Part shown: in pieces, positions 17,774-26,871 of the stretch
How the letters are laid out: the number at the start of each line of letters is the position of its first letter
Numbering within the stretch: position 1 is the first letter of the stretch
Assembly (NCBI GenBank): GCA_964291285.2
Contig: OZ219787.1
Coordinates: forward strand, 1,888,001 to 1,952,000
Length of the DNA stretch: 64,000 bases
Origin: Alphaproteobacteria bacterium
Lineage (GTDB): Bacteria; Pseudomonadota; Alphaproteobacteria; Bin95
Reading direction: 5' to 3'
Translations under genes and position numbers: made by a program
The notes under the pieces: model-generated
Told to the model about the DNA's origin: nothing
Seen by the model: the letters and a program-made list of their open reading frames with translations, nothing else
Databases searched by the model: none

Positions 17774-18790
17774 TCAGTCGAACAGCCCGCTGGCCGCGAG
17801 CCAGGCGCGGAACCGGGCGGGCCCGAGCGCCAGCAGCTCGTCATTGGCGTCCTTCGCGCGGGGGACGATCCGGTCGAGCAGCATGGCGGAACCGGCATGC
17901 TCCCGGCAGAGCGCGACCCAGGCGCTCTCGCCCGCCGGGTCGCGGTCCTGGACGAGGGTCGCGCGCCGGACGCCCGCGGGCAGGCCGACGCGGTGGACGC
18001 GCCCGGCGGAGAGCGCGGCGGCAACGGCGATATCCCGGCGCCCGCCCGCGCCGAGCGCCCCCGCCATGGCGAGCGCGTCCTCGACGCCCTCGGTCAGCAC
18101 CAGGCGGCGCGCGTCGTCCGCCGGCCACCAGACGGCGCCCGTAGATAGGCGCCCGCTGGTGCGCTTCGGCCCCTCGATCGGGGCCTTGCGCCCCTCGCCG
18201 GTCAGGAATATTCGCTGCAGGCCCTCCAGCGTGCCGTCAAGGGCGCGGACCGGCGCGAGCAGGGCCGGCAGCTCGCGCTTCCCGCCGTCCACCTGCACCC
18301 AGACATCGGGGCGGAACCGGAGGCCTGCGGCATGGGCGGCCTCCGGGGCCAGGCCGCGGGAGGCCAGATAGCGCCCGGCCGGATCGTCGGGCCGGACCGG
18401 CGCCGCGCCCTCGAGAACCCGTTCGAGTCCCCTCTGCCTCTCCGGCGGCGCGCCGTCCTGCCGGCGGGGGCGCTCATACTCCGGCAGGGCGAGGAAGCGG
18501 CGCGCCTCGTCGGCCGCCTCGCCGATCGTGGCGAGGCTGCGGACGGCGCGGATCAGGTCCAGCGGGCTGCCCCGGTCCTTCGGGCTCGCCCAGTCCCTCC
18601 AGTAGCCGCGCCAGCGTCCGGCGAGGTTCACCCGCAGCGAGGCGCCCTCCTCGCCGGCCGTGCTGCCCACCTGCCAGAAGTTGCCGTTGCGCCTGCCGTT
18701 CGGAAGGTAGTGGCGGCAGACCGCCTCGATATCGGCCGCGAGCAGGGCGGACAGTTCCTTCAGGCTGTGGGTTGTCGGATCGGAGGGCAA
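17774..18790 (-). CDS. Plasmid-type toprim (primase-like) domain protein, copy 2
   Basis: Close paralog of 11896-12924 with the same motifs; TTG start after GGGGAGG. Confidence 0.9.
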   Translation of the reverse strand: MPSDPTTHSLKELSALLAADIEAVCRHYLPNGRRNGNFWQVGSTAGEEGASLRVNLAGRWRGYWRDWASPKDRGSPLDLIRAVRSLATIGEAADEARRFLALPEYERPRRQDGAPPERQRGLERVLEGAAPVRPDDPAGRYLASRGLAPEAAHAAGLRFRPDVWVQVDGGKRELPALLAPVRALDGTLEGLQRIFLTGEGRKAPIEGPKRTSGRLSTGAVWWPADDARRLVLTEGVEDALAMAGALGAGGRRDIAVAAALSAGRVHRVGLPAGVRRATLVQDRDPAGESAWVALCREHAGSAMLLDRIVPRAKDANDELLALGPARFRAWLAASGLFD

Positions 18791-18854
18791 GGCGCGGCCT
18801 CCCCTTTCCCCGGCCGTCCCGGCGCTGTCGCCGGGACGGCCTTGCGCGCGGCGC

Positions 18855-19217
18855 TCAGAACGGACGGATCCTGCAGAGTTCCGGATCGCGGCGCCCGCGC
18901 TCGTAGTTGAGCACCGCCCAGGCCGCGATCTCGAGCGCGGCCAACAGCGGGATTTCCATGCGCCCGGCCTGCTCCTTCGCGAAATGGAACGCCGCCTCGA
19001 GCGCGGTCTCGTCGATGGCGAGGTTGAAGCCGGACTCCCGCCCGAGCCTGGCGGTCAACTCGGAGAGCTTCTGGAGGTCACAGGTCCGCGGGCGAGGCTC
19101 GAAAGCCGGGCCCGGATCGGGCAGCGGCTCGTAGTCGTACTCGTGGAAGTCCTCGTCCGGATCCTCCCAGGCGTGCCAGTCCCGGCAGTAGCCCTCGAAG
19201 TCGATGACGTTGGACAT
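18855..19217 (-). CDS. Hypothetical 120-aa protein with acidic N-terminus
   Basis: ATG 19217 after GGAGG RBS; MSNVIDFEGYCRDWHAWEDPDEDFHEYDYE... Confidence 0.7.
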   Translation of the reverse strand: MSNVIDFEGYCRDWHAWEDPDEDFHEYDYEPLPDPGPAFEPRPRTCDLQKLSELTARLGRESGFNLAIDETALEAAFHFAKEQAGRMEIPLLAALEIAAWAVLNYERGRRDPELCRIRPF

Positions 19218-19296
19218 GCGCGTGTTCCTCCTGCGAAGTTGAGACGCCGGCCGGTCGGGGCCGGCACAGGGGCCGGGCTTTCCTTGTCTGCGGCGT

Positions 19297-20880
19297 TCAT
19301 GCGCCCTCGTCTGCGGCATGGCGCGAGATCAGCTCGAGGATCGCCGCAATGTCGGGAACCGTCTCCACCTCGACGCGTCCGCGGCCCTTTGACGGGCGGA
19401 CCTCGATCCGGGCGACCAGGTCCCGGATGGCGAGCAGGGCCTGCTCGCGCCGCCCGGCCCGCGCGCCGCCCGCGATGGCGCGCCGGAGCCCGGCGACCCG
19501 GTCGCGCATGAACTTCTCCACGCTGAAGCCCGCGGGCGGCGGCGGTCCCGGCAGCCGCTCCAGTTCGGCGAGCGCCTCGTTGCGCGCGCGCTCGAGGGCC
19601 AGAAGGCGCTCGCCGATGCCCGTCGAGGGGATGCCGCTCTCGATCGCGGCAACCAGGCGGGAGATCCCGGCGCCGGCGGCCCCGGCCCTCTCCCGGAGTT
19701 CCTCGCGCCGGACCGCGGTCCCGCGTTCGGCGGCGGCGAACAGGCCGCGCCAGTCGCGCTCGCGCGACAGCATCCAGGCGAAGAGCCGCCGCACGCCAAG
19801 GTCTTCCAGCATGTCCAGCCGGATCCCGCGGTTGTTGGTGCAGCTGTCCGGGTCGCGCCGGCGGGCGAGGCAACGGTAGTAGCCCATCCCGGCGATCGTC
19901 ATGCGCTCGCCGCAAACGCCGCAGCGGACCCGCGCCGTCAGCGGATAGGCCGCCTTGCGGTAGCGGGTCACCACGGTGTGGTGGCGGTTCCTGCGGCGCC
20001 CGACCTCGTCCTGGACGGCCTGCCAGGCCGTGTCGTCCACGATCCGCAGTTCGGGGGCTTCCACGACGGTCCAGTCCTCGCGGGGGACGGCAACGAAATG
20101 GCGCCGCCCGGTGCCCGGGTGACGCCGGGAGCGGGTGCGCCCGTAGACAAGCCGCCCGCAGTAGATGTCGTTGCGCAGCACGCCGCTTCCTTCCCGGCCG
20201 CGCACGGCGCCAGCGGTCCAGGGCTTGCCGCCGGGCCCGGCCACGCCTTCCCGGTTGAGCAGCACGGCAATCTGCTGCGGGCTCATGCCGTCGAGATAGA
20301 GCCGGTAGATGCGCCGGACCGTCCCGGCCTCGTCGGGGTCGATCGTGCGCTGGCCCCGGACGGGCTTGCCGCTCTCGGAGATGTAGTTGGCTATCCTGTA
20401 GCCGTATATGCAGGAGCCGATCATTCGCAGGTCGTGGAGGGCTTCGATCTGCCCCCGGCGCGTCTTGGCGCCGATATTGTCGATGACCATCTCGCTCACA
20501 ACCCCCTTGATGTGCGCATGGAGGGAGTCGACCCGACCGTCCTCCAGGCTGTACAGATTGATCCCCAGAAACCGCAGTTCGCGGTAGAGCCAAGCCATGT
20601 CGGCGGTGCTCCTGGCGAGCCGGTCCAGGCCCTCGACGCAGACGCCGTCGAACCGGCGCGCCCGGGCGTCGTCGAGCAGACGGCGAAGCCCCGGGCGCAG
20701 CTGCATGGCCGCGCCGGTGAGTTCCGGATCGGTGTATTCGCCCGCGATCACGCCGCCAAGTGCGGCGACGCGGTCGCGGCACAGGCGCAACTGGCCCGCG
20801 ATCGAGGTCATCTCCTGCAGGGGCGAGGAGTAGCGCGCATAGATCGCGAAGCGCGCGATGGCGCCGGGCGGTCCGTTCAT
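19297..20880 (-). CDS. Large serine recombinase (resolvase + recombinase + Zn-ribbon domains)
   Basis: AIYARYSS catalytic Ser motif, LDRLAR, YGY, LRNDIYCG, PELRIVDD..W..VQ, CGVCG...YYRC. Start placed at ATG 20880. Confidence 0.92.
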   Translation of the reverse strand: MNGPPGAIARFAIYARYSSPLQEMTSIAGQLRLCRDRVAALGGVIAGEYTDPELTGAAMQLRPGLRRLLDDARARRFDGVCVEGLDRLARSTADMAWLYRELRFLGINLYSLEDGRVDSLHAHIKGVVSEMVIDNIGAKTRRGQIEALHDLRMIGSCIYGYRIANYISESGKPVRGQRTIDPDEAGTVRRIYRLYLDGMSPQQIAVLLNREGVAGPGGKPWTAGAVRGREGSGVLRNDIYCGRLVYGRTRSRRHPGTGRRHFVAVPREDWTVVEAPELRIVDDTAWQAVQDEVGRRRNRHHTVVTRYRKAAYPLTARVRCGVCGERMTIAGMGYYRCLARRRDPDSCTNNRGIRLDMLEDLGVRRLFAWMLSRERDWRGLFAAAERGTAVRREELRERAGAAGAGISRLVAAIESGIPSTGIGERLLALERARNEALAELERLPGPPPPAGFSVEKFMRDRVAGLRRAIAGGARAGRREQALLAIRDLVARIEVRPSKGRGRVEVETVPDIAAILELISRHAADEGA

Positions 20881-20984
20881 GGCCGGTCCTTCGGGTATCG
20901 GATGACCGCACACTCTGGCAACGGGCGCCCCGCCGCGGCAACCGGGACGGCTTCCGCTCCCGGCAGACAACCGGCCGCTCGCCG

Positions 20985-21692
20985 TCATCGCCGCGCCCGG
21001 CGCCATCCGGCGGCCCGGGCGTCCGCCTCGCTGCAGAACCAGCGCTCGCCCTTCGAGGTGTTTATGCGGGTCCGGTCGTAATGCTCGGCCCCGGGCACAT
21101 GGTAGATGCGCCCGTGCCGCGAGATGTTGCCCTTGATGAGGCAGGAGGAACCCGCCTGCGGGGGAGGGGTGGCCCCGTGCCGCCGGTGTATCTCCGCCCG
21201 GCGGTTCCGGTCCTGCCTGCGCCAGCGCCAGGGCGCGGTGAAGTCGCCGGACCACAGGCCGAGCCGCCCGGCGCGGGCCGCGTCCTCGTCCGGGACATAC
21301 CGCATCGACCAGCGCCGGTATGCCAGCGCCAGGCCCTGGCGCACGAGGTCCTGCTGCACGTCCCGCCCGGCCGCGAAGCAGGCCGCGACCGCGCGCCCGT
21401 AGCGGTCGCGGTCCCGGACCTCGCAGCGGACCGGGGTCCGCCCGACGAGCCTGCGCATCGCCCGCGTCGCCGCCCGCCCGCAGGCCCATCGGCGCCCGCC
21501 GCGCGAGCAGGTCTGGCGGGCCTCCGGCGCGTCGATCCCGTGAAGGCGCACACGCCGGCCCTGCACGGCAAGCGTGTCGCCGTCCACGACCCGGGCCTTG
21601 CCGGTGAGGGTTTCGGCTTCAGCCGGCAGGGCGAAGGCAAGCAGCGCGGCTGCCGCGAGAACGGAGGCGAGGCGTCGGAAAAGGCATGGCAT
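20985..21692 (-). CDS. Secreted thermonuclease (SNase) family protein with ExoI-like C-terminal domain
   Basis: Signal peptide; VVDGDTL...VRLHGIDAPE; DRYGR; C-terminal CLIKGNIS..GRIYHVPG...GERWFCSE..ARAAGWR. Confidence 0.9.
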   Translation of the reverse strand: MPCLFRRLASVLAAAALLAFALPAEAETLTGKARVVDGDTLAVQGRRVRLHGIDAPEARQTCSRGGRRWACGRAATRAMRRLVGRTPVRCEVRDRDRYGRAVAACFAAGRDVQQDLVRQGLALAYRRWSMRYVPDEDAARAGRLGLWSGDFTAPWRWRRQDRNRRAEIHRRHGATPPPQAGSSCLIKGNISRHGRIYHVPGAEHYDRTRINTSKGERWFCSEADARAAGWRRARR

Positions 21693-21759
21693 CGGGGTGG
21701 TTGACTCCTGGAGAGGCGCCGCGCTTTGACGAGCGCGTTCGGATAGGGCCTGTCGTTTG

Positions 21760-22038
21760 TCAGCCATTCGTCAGCAGCTCCCTGATGCGCGCCTTCGCGG
21801 CGCGGAGATCGGCGCGATACATGTCCTTCGCGCCTTTCGGGAGATGGGCGCGCAGCACCTTGCAGGGCTCCCAGACAGCGGAACCGCGGCCGATCTTCAC
21901 GAGCTCGCCCAGAACGTCGCGACGCCGGCCCTTCGCGGCACTGTGCCATTCATGTGCGACGGCAACGGTCCGGCGATCGCTGGCCGAATGGAATGCGTCC
22001 GGCTGCGTGAAGACGCGCCCGAAAACGATCCTGGACAT
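21760..22038 (-). CDS. Hypothetical 92-aa protein
   Basis: Co-oriented ORF filling the operon gap; weak RBS. Confidence 0.55.
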   Translation of the reverse strand: MSRIVFGRVFTQPDAFHSASDRRTVAVAHEWHSAAKGRRRDVLGELVKIGRGSAVWEPCKVLRAHLPKGAKDMYRADLRAAKARIRELLTNG

Positions 22039-22136
22039 CGATCGCCTACCCCTCGCCCGCGTGCCTGGGCCCGGACGTTGCGGGTAACGGGATACGGGTG
22101 TCGGTCATCATTGTCTCCGGTCGATCGAGGTTCCGG

Positions 22137-22316
22137 TCAGGCGCCGCTTGCGATCCCGGCGTCGATTTCGGCCTGCTCGCGCAGCCAGTGCTCCCTGTCG
22201 GTCAGGAGCCGCTGGACGTATCCACAGCCCTGGTATTCCCTGGCCCGGGGCTCGATCCGGCTCCAGGTCTGCGCGTCGCAGTTCGGGCATCGGGGGTCCT
22301 CCGGCAGTATGATCAT
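22137..22316 (-). CDS. Hypothetical 59-aa protein with CPNC motif
   Basis: Manual translation MIILPEDPRCPNCDAQ...; strong [10 protein letters not shown]. Not in the ORF track. Confidence 0.6.
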   Translation of the reverse strand: MIILPEDPRCPNCDAQTWSRIEPRAREYQGCGYVQRLLTDREHWLREQAEIDAGIASGA

Positions 22317-22382
22317 GTGGGACAGGCCTCCTTGGGTCAGTGGGGGGCGGCAGCAGGGGCCAGCGCCGGGTCATTCAGGGCC

Positions 22383-23667
<1,285 letters not shown>

Positions 23668-23675
<8 letters not shown>

Positions 23676-23844
23676 GGGGCCACGACCGGGTTCGAGGCTG
23701 GCGGCGCCGGCGGATGAGCGCGGCCGTCAGGACCGTGACGATAAACATGGCGACGAGAGCCGGGTAGGCGGTAAAGGCGAATGCGTCGATGAGCACGAGC
23801 AGGTCCGGCGGGGGCTCCCTGGACGGCGTGGCATACCGGGTCAT
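23668..23844 (-). CDS. Small membrane protein (58 aa)
   Basis: Manual translation; hydrophobic FAFTAYPALVAMFIVTVLTAALI; start and stop overlap both neighbouring genes (coupled). Confidence 0.6.
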
Positions 23845-24305
23845 GCCGGCTTCTCCGGGTCGGGGCCTCCGGCGCCCGCGGTCCCGGCGGAGCTCGCGGC
23901 CGGCATATCCGCCATTGCCGGGGTTTCGGGGATCAACGCGGCCGCAACCACTGCCGCGCGCTCTTCTCCGAGCACCTCCCGAAGGAGTTCGACCGCCCGC
24001 TCGCGCTTGCCTTCGCGGACCATCGCCCTGAGCTTAGCCTCCAGCAGGGCGCGCATGCTGTCAGCGAGATCCGACGGCGCTTCCGCGCCGGAACCCATGT
24101 CGCGGGCGGCAGACGCCAGGGCAAGGGAGAGGCCGCGCTGTTCCCCTGCATCCAGCACCAGCGGCCGGGCAGAAGCCGTCTCCGCAAACGGGTCCACGGT
24201 CAGCGCGCATTCCCGAAGGAACCGGGCGGCCGACATGCCCCGTTCGGCGGCCCAGGTCTTGATCTGCGCCCATTCCTCCCCGGTCATGGAGACCGTGCGG
24301 TTCAT
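23841..24305 (-). CDS. Ribbon-helix-helix (CopG/MobC-like) protein, copy 2
   Basis: RTVSMTGEEWAQIKTWAAERGMSAARFLRECAL; paralog of the upstream gene. Confidence 0.7.
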   Translation of the reverse strand: MNRTVSMTGEEWAQIKTWAAERGMSAARFLRECALTVDPFAETASARPLVLDAGEQRGLSLALASAARDMGSGAEAPSDLADSMRALLEAKLRAMVREGKRERAVELLREVLGEERAAVVAAALIPETPAMADMPAASSAGTAGAGGPDPEKPA

Positions 24306-24331
24306 GCCGGGCTAGCGGTTGCGCGGTTTCT

Positions 24332-24844
24332 TCATGCGTCCTCTCCGAACCCGGGGCGGCCGGCGTCCGCGGTCCCGGCGGGGCTCACGGCCGGCAAATC
24401 CGCCATTGCCGGGGTTTCGGGGATCAACGCGGCAGCGATCGCCGCCGCACGCTCCTCGCCGAATACTTCCCGCAGCAGTTCCATCGCCCTTTCGCGCTTG
24501 CCCTGGCGGACCATCGCCCTGAGCGGTTCCTCCAGCATCGCGCGGATGTCGTCCCGGTACTGCGCCAGCGCCTCCTCGTCGGCAGCATCGAGCCCGCGCG
24601 CCAGTGCCGACACGCCATCCGCGAGGCTGTGTTGCCGCCCGGCGTCCAGGACCGGCGCCCGCGCCTTGCCGCCCTTCGCCGACAGGTCCACGTTCAGCGC
24701 GCATTCGAACCACCAGGCCGATACCGACATGCCGGCGCGGCGCGCGCCATCCCGGACCATTTCCCAGTCCTCGCCGGTGGCGCAGACAGTGCGGTGGCCA
24801 GCTTTCGACCGGCCCGCCCCCGGTCTCGTCCGCATCTTCTTCAT
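24332..24844 (-). CDS. Ribbon-helix-helix (CopG/MobC-like) protein, copy 1
   Basis: RTVCATGEDWEMVRDGARRAGMSVSAW..ECAL; ATGA-coupled start at 24844; shared C-terminus ALIPETPAMAD. Confidence 0.7.
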   Translation of the reverse strand: MKKMRTRPGAGRSKAGHRTVCATGEDWEMVRDGARRAGMSVSAWWFECALNVDLSAKGGKARAPVLDAGRQHSLADGVSALARGLDAADEEALAQYRDDIRAMLEEPLRAMVRQGKRERAMELLREVFGEERAAAIAAALIPETPAMADLPAVSPAGTADAGRPGFGEDA

Positions 24845-25113
24845 GTCGGTTCCCCTCGCGGCTCGCCGGCGGTCTTTGCCGGGCGCCTGCACCGCCGGCC
24901 TTCTGCCGGGCCGGCTTCCGGTGGCTGGCCGAGGGCGCCGTGCAGGCGGAATACAACCATGAACCGGGGCGCCTCCGGAATCTTCCTGACGGCCAGCCAC
25001 CGGCTACGGGGATCGACGGCAATCCTCTCCAGGTAATGCCTCTGCTCCGCTCCGGAGGCCGGCCAGCGTTCGCGCCGCGCAATGCGGCGCACGGTTTCGG
25101 CCAGGTCGCTCAT
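24841..25113 (-). CDS. Hypothetical 90-aa protein
   Basis: ATGA-coupled at both ends within the par operon. Confidence 0.55.
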   Translation of the reverse strand: MSDLAETVRRIARRERWPASGAEQRHYLERIAVDPRSRWLAVRKIPEAPRFMVVFRLHGALGQPPEAGPAEGRRCRRPAKTAGEPRGEPT

Positions 25114-26183
25114 CGCCCGGCCTCGGGGCAGGCCGCGTGACTCCTGTCCGCGATCAGCAGCCCGCGCAGGGCCTCGGCGAGCTCGTCGCGCTGCCGTCGG
25201 TCGATCAGCAGGCAGAGACGGTGGAGCGCCGTGACCCGGTCGCGCGGCGCGATCTGCGACCAGGCGTTTTCCAGGCGGCCGAATTGCTGCGCGCGCGTCG
25301 GCTCCTTCGGGGGCGCAGGCGGCGCGTCCGTCTTCTGCAGCAGCGCGGCGAGGGTTTCGGGAGGCTCATCGGTCTCGCGCAGCCGTTCAAGGGTGCGTTG
25401 TTGCTGGGCTTCCGAAAGGCCCGCGATCCGGTAGAGGTCCCCTTCCCGGCGCGCGATCGGGGTGCCTTCCAGCTCGTCCTGCAGTTCGGGCAGGATACGC
25501 TTTCCTATGCGCAGCGCGCGCGCGACCGTGCCCCTGGACAACGAGGTCAGGTCTGCCGTCTCTTCAACGAACGAAAGAGGCGGCGATAAATCAAGATCGA
25601 AGCATTCGATGTTGATTTTCTCCTGGTATTCTGCGCTCTTGCGGTCGCCGCCGTGGCGGGCGTCCGGGTGCAGTCTTCTATGAAGTTCCTCGCGCCTGGC
25701 AACGAAGCGGCCGCGGTGCAGCGGCGTGAGTTCCGATCGGATCAGGTTCTCGTCGACCTCCACCAGGGCGAGCATGTCCGGGCTCGGATCGTCGAGCACG
25801 AGGGCCTCGATCCGGCCCCATCCGAGACGCCGGGCCGCCTCCATACGGTGGGCGCCGGCAACGAGGGCGAAGCCTCCCCGGTCCAGGCCGCGCTCGTATT
25901 CGCCGGTATCGGGGTCGATGCCGAAATTGTGGCGGACCTGGATCGGGTTCTGGAGGCCGATCCGGTCCATCGACTCCGCGAGGCGTTCGACGACGGCTTC
26001 GTCGACCTCGCGCAGCCGCGGCCCGACGGCGATCTGCTCCAGGGCGATGGGCCAGGTGCTCCGCTGCCGCGCCGTCGACGGATCGAGGCGGGAAACCCCG
26101 GCGACCGCGGCGGGATTGCGGCGGCGCCAGTCCTCGATGCGCTCGATGAACGCCCCGCCGCTGTTCTTCGGGGCCCGGCTCAT
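25110..26183 (-). CDS. parB: ParB/Spo0J-like partition protein
   Basis: LAESMDRIGLQNPI, LVAGAHRMEAARRLGW, DENLIRSELT, HGGDRKS, HTH; ATGA-coupled to parA. Confidence 0.85.
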   Translation of the reverse strand: MSRAPKNSGGAFIERIEDWRRRNPAAVAGVSRLDPSTARQRSTWPIALEQIAVGPRLREVDEAVVERLAESMDRIGLQNPIQVRHNFGIDPDTGEYERGLDRGGFALVAGAHRMEAARRLGWGRIEALVLDDPSPDMLALVEVDENLIRSELTPLHRGRFVARREELHRRLHPDARHGGDRKSAEYQEKINIECFDLDLSPPLSFVEETADLTSLSRGTVARALRIGKRILPELQDELEGTPIARREGDLYRIAGLSEAQQQRTLERLRETDEPPETLAALLQKTDAPPAPPKEPTRAQQFGRLENAWSQIAPRDRVTALHRLCLLIDRRQRDELAEALRGLLIADRSHAACPEAGR

Positions 26184-26857
26184 GCGACTGCCCTCAGCGC
26201 GCGCACCGGCCAGGCCAGCAGCGCGTCCGCCACGGCGCCGATCTCGGCCGCCGCCGCCCCGTGCGGATCGGACTCCACCACGCCCAGCCCGGCCCGGGTG
26301 GACCGCACGAAGGCGACGCGGTTGCGCACCGCGGCAGGCAGCATCTGCACCCCCTGTCGGGAGAGCAGGTCCCTGGCCTCGGTCTCCCAGTGCGCGGCCC
26401 GTGTCGGAACCGCGTTCAGCACCGCGACGGCCGGCGTCCCGGCCAGCGCGGCGACATCGAGGCTCGCGCGGACCGCGGCGAGGTCGAACAGCGACTGCCG
26501 GCAGGGCACGACCACGAGGTCCGCATGCCGCGCGCCGGCCACAGGACCGCCATCGGCCCCCATCGGGGTGTCGATAAGGATCAGGTCGGAGCCCTTCGCC
26601 AGGGCCCGCCCGATCTCCCGGTCGAGGCGGAGATACGGGCAATAGCGGATATCAGGCGCCGGGTCAGTGCGGAGATCGCCCCACACGACGGCCGAGCAGT
26701 TGGGGTCGCAGTCGAGGACGGTGACCCGGCGGCCGGCCCGGACGGCATGGGCCGCGACATTGAGCGCCAGCGTCGTCTTCCCGGCCCCGCCCTTCTGGCT
26801 CACGAAGGCGAGGATGCGGGGCGCTGCAAACGCGGCGGAGTGCGATCGGTCATGCAT
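26180..26857 (-). CDS. parA: ParA family ATPase (short type Ib)
   Basis: SQKGGAGKTT deviant Walker A, LDCDP, ILIDTP. Confidence 0.92.
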   Translation of the reverse strand: MHDRSHSAAFAAPRILAFVSQKGGAGKTTLALNVAAHAVRAGRRVTVLDCDPNCSAVVWGDLRTDPAPDIRYCPYLRLDREIGRALAKGSDLILIDTPMGADGGPVAGARHADLVVVPCRQSLFDLAAVRASLDVAALAGTPAVAVLNAVPTRAAHWETEARDLLSRQGVQMLPAAVRNRVAFVRSTRAGLGVVESDPHGAAAAEIGAVADALLAWPVRALRAVA

Positions 26858-26871
26858 GGGAGTGCTCCCTC

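Noticed and set aside
13885-18144. 1419-aa plus-strand ORF
   Set aside because: Spans several well-supported minus-strand genes and terminators; no recognisable domain.
20881-21489. Long N-terminal extension of the serine recombinase
   Set aside because: Overlaps the thermonuclease gene in another frame; the catalytic YAR.S motif normally lies near the N-terminus.
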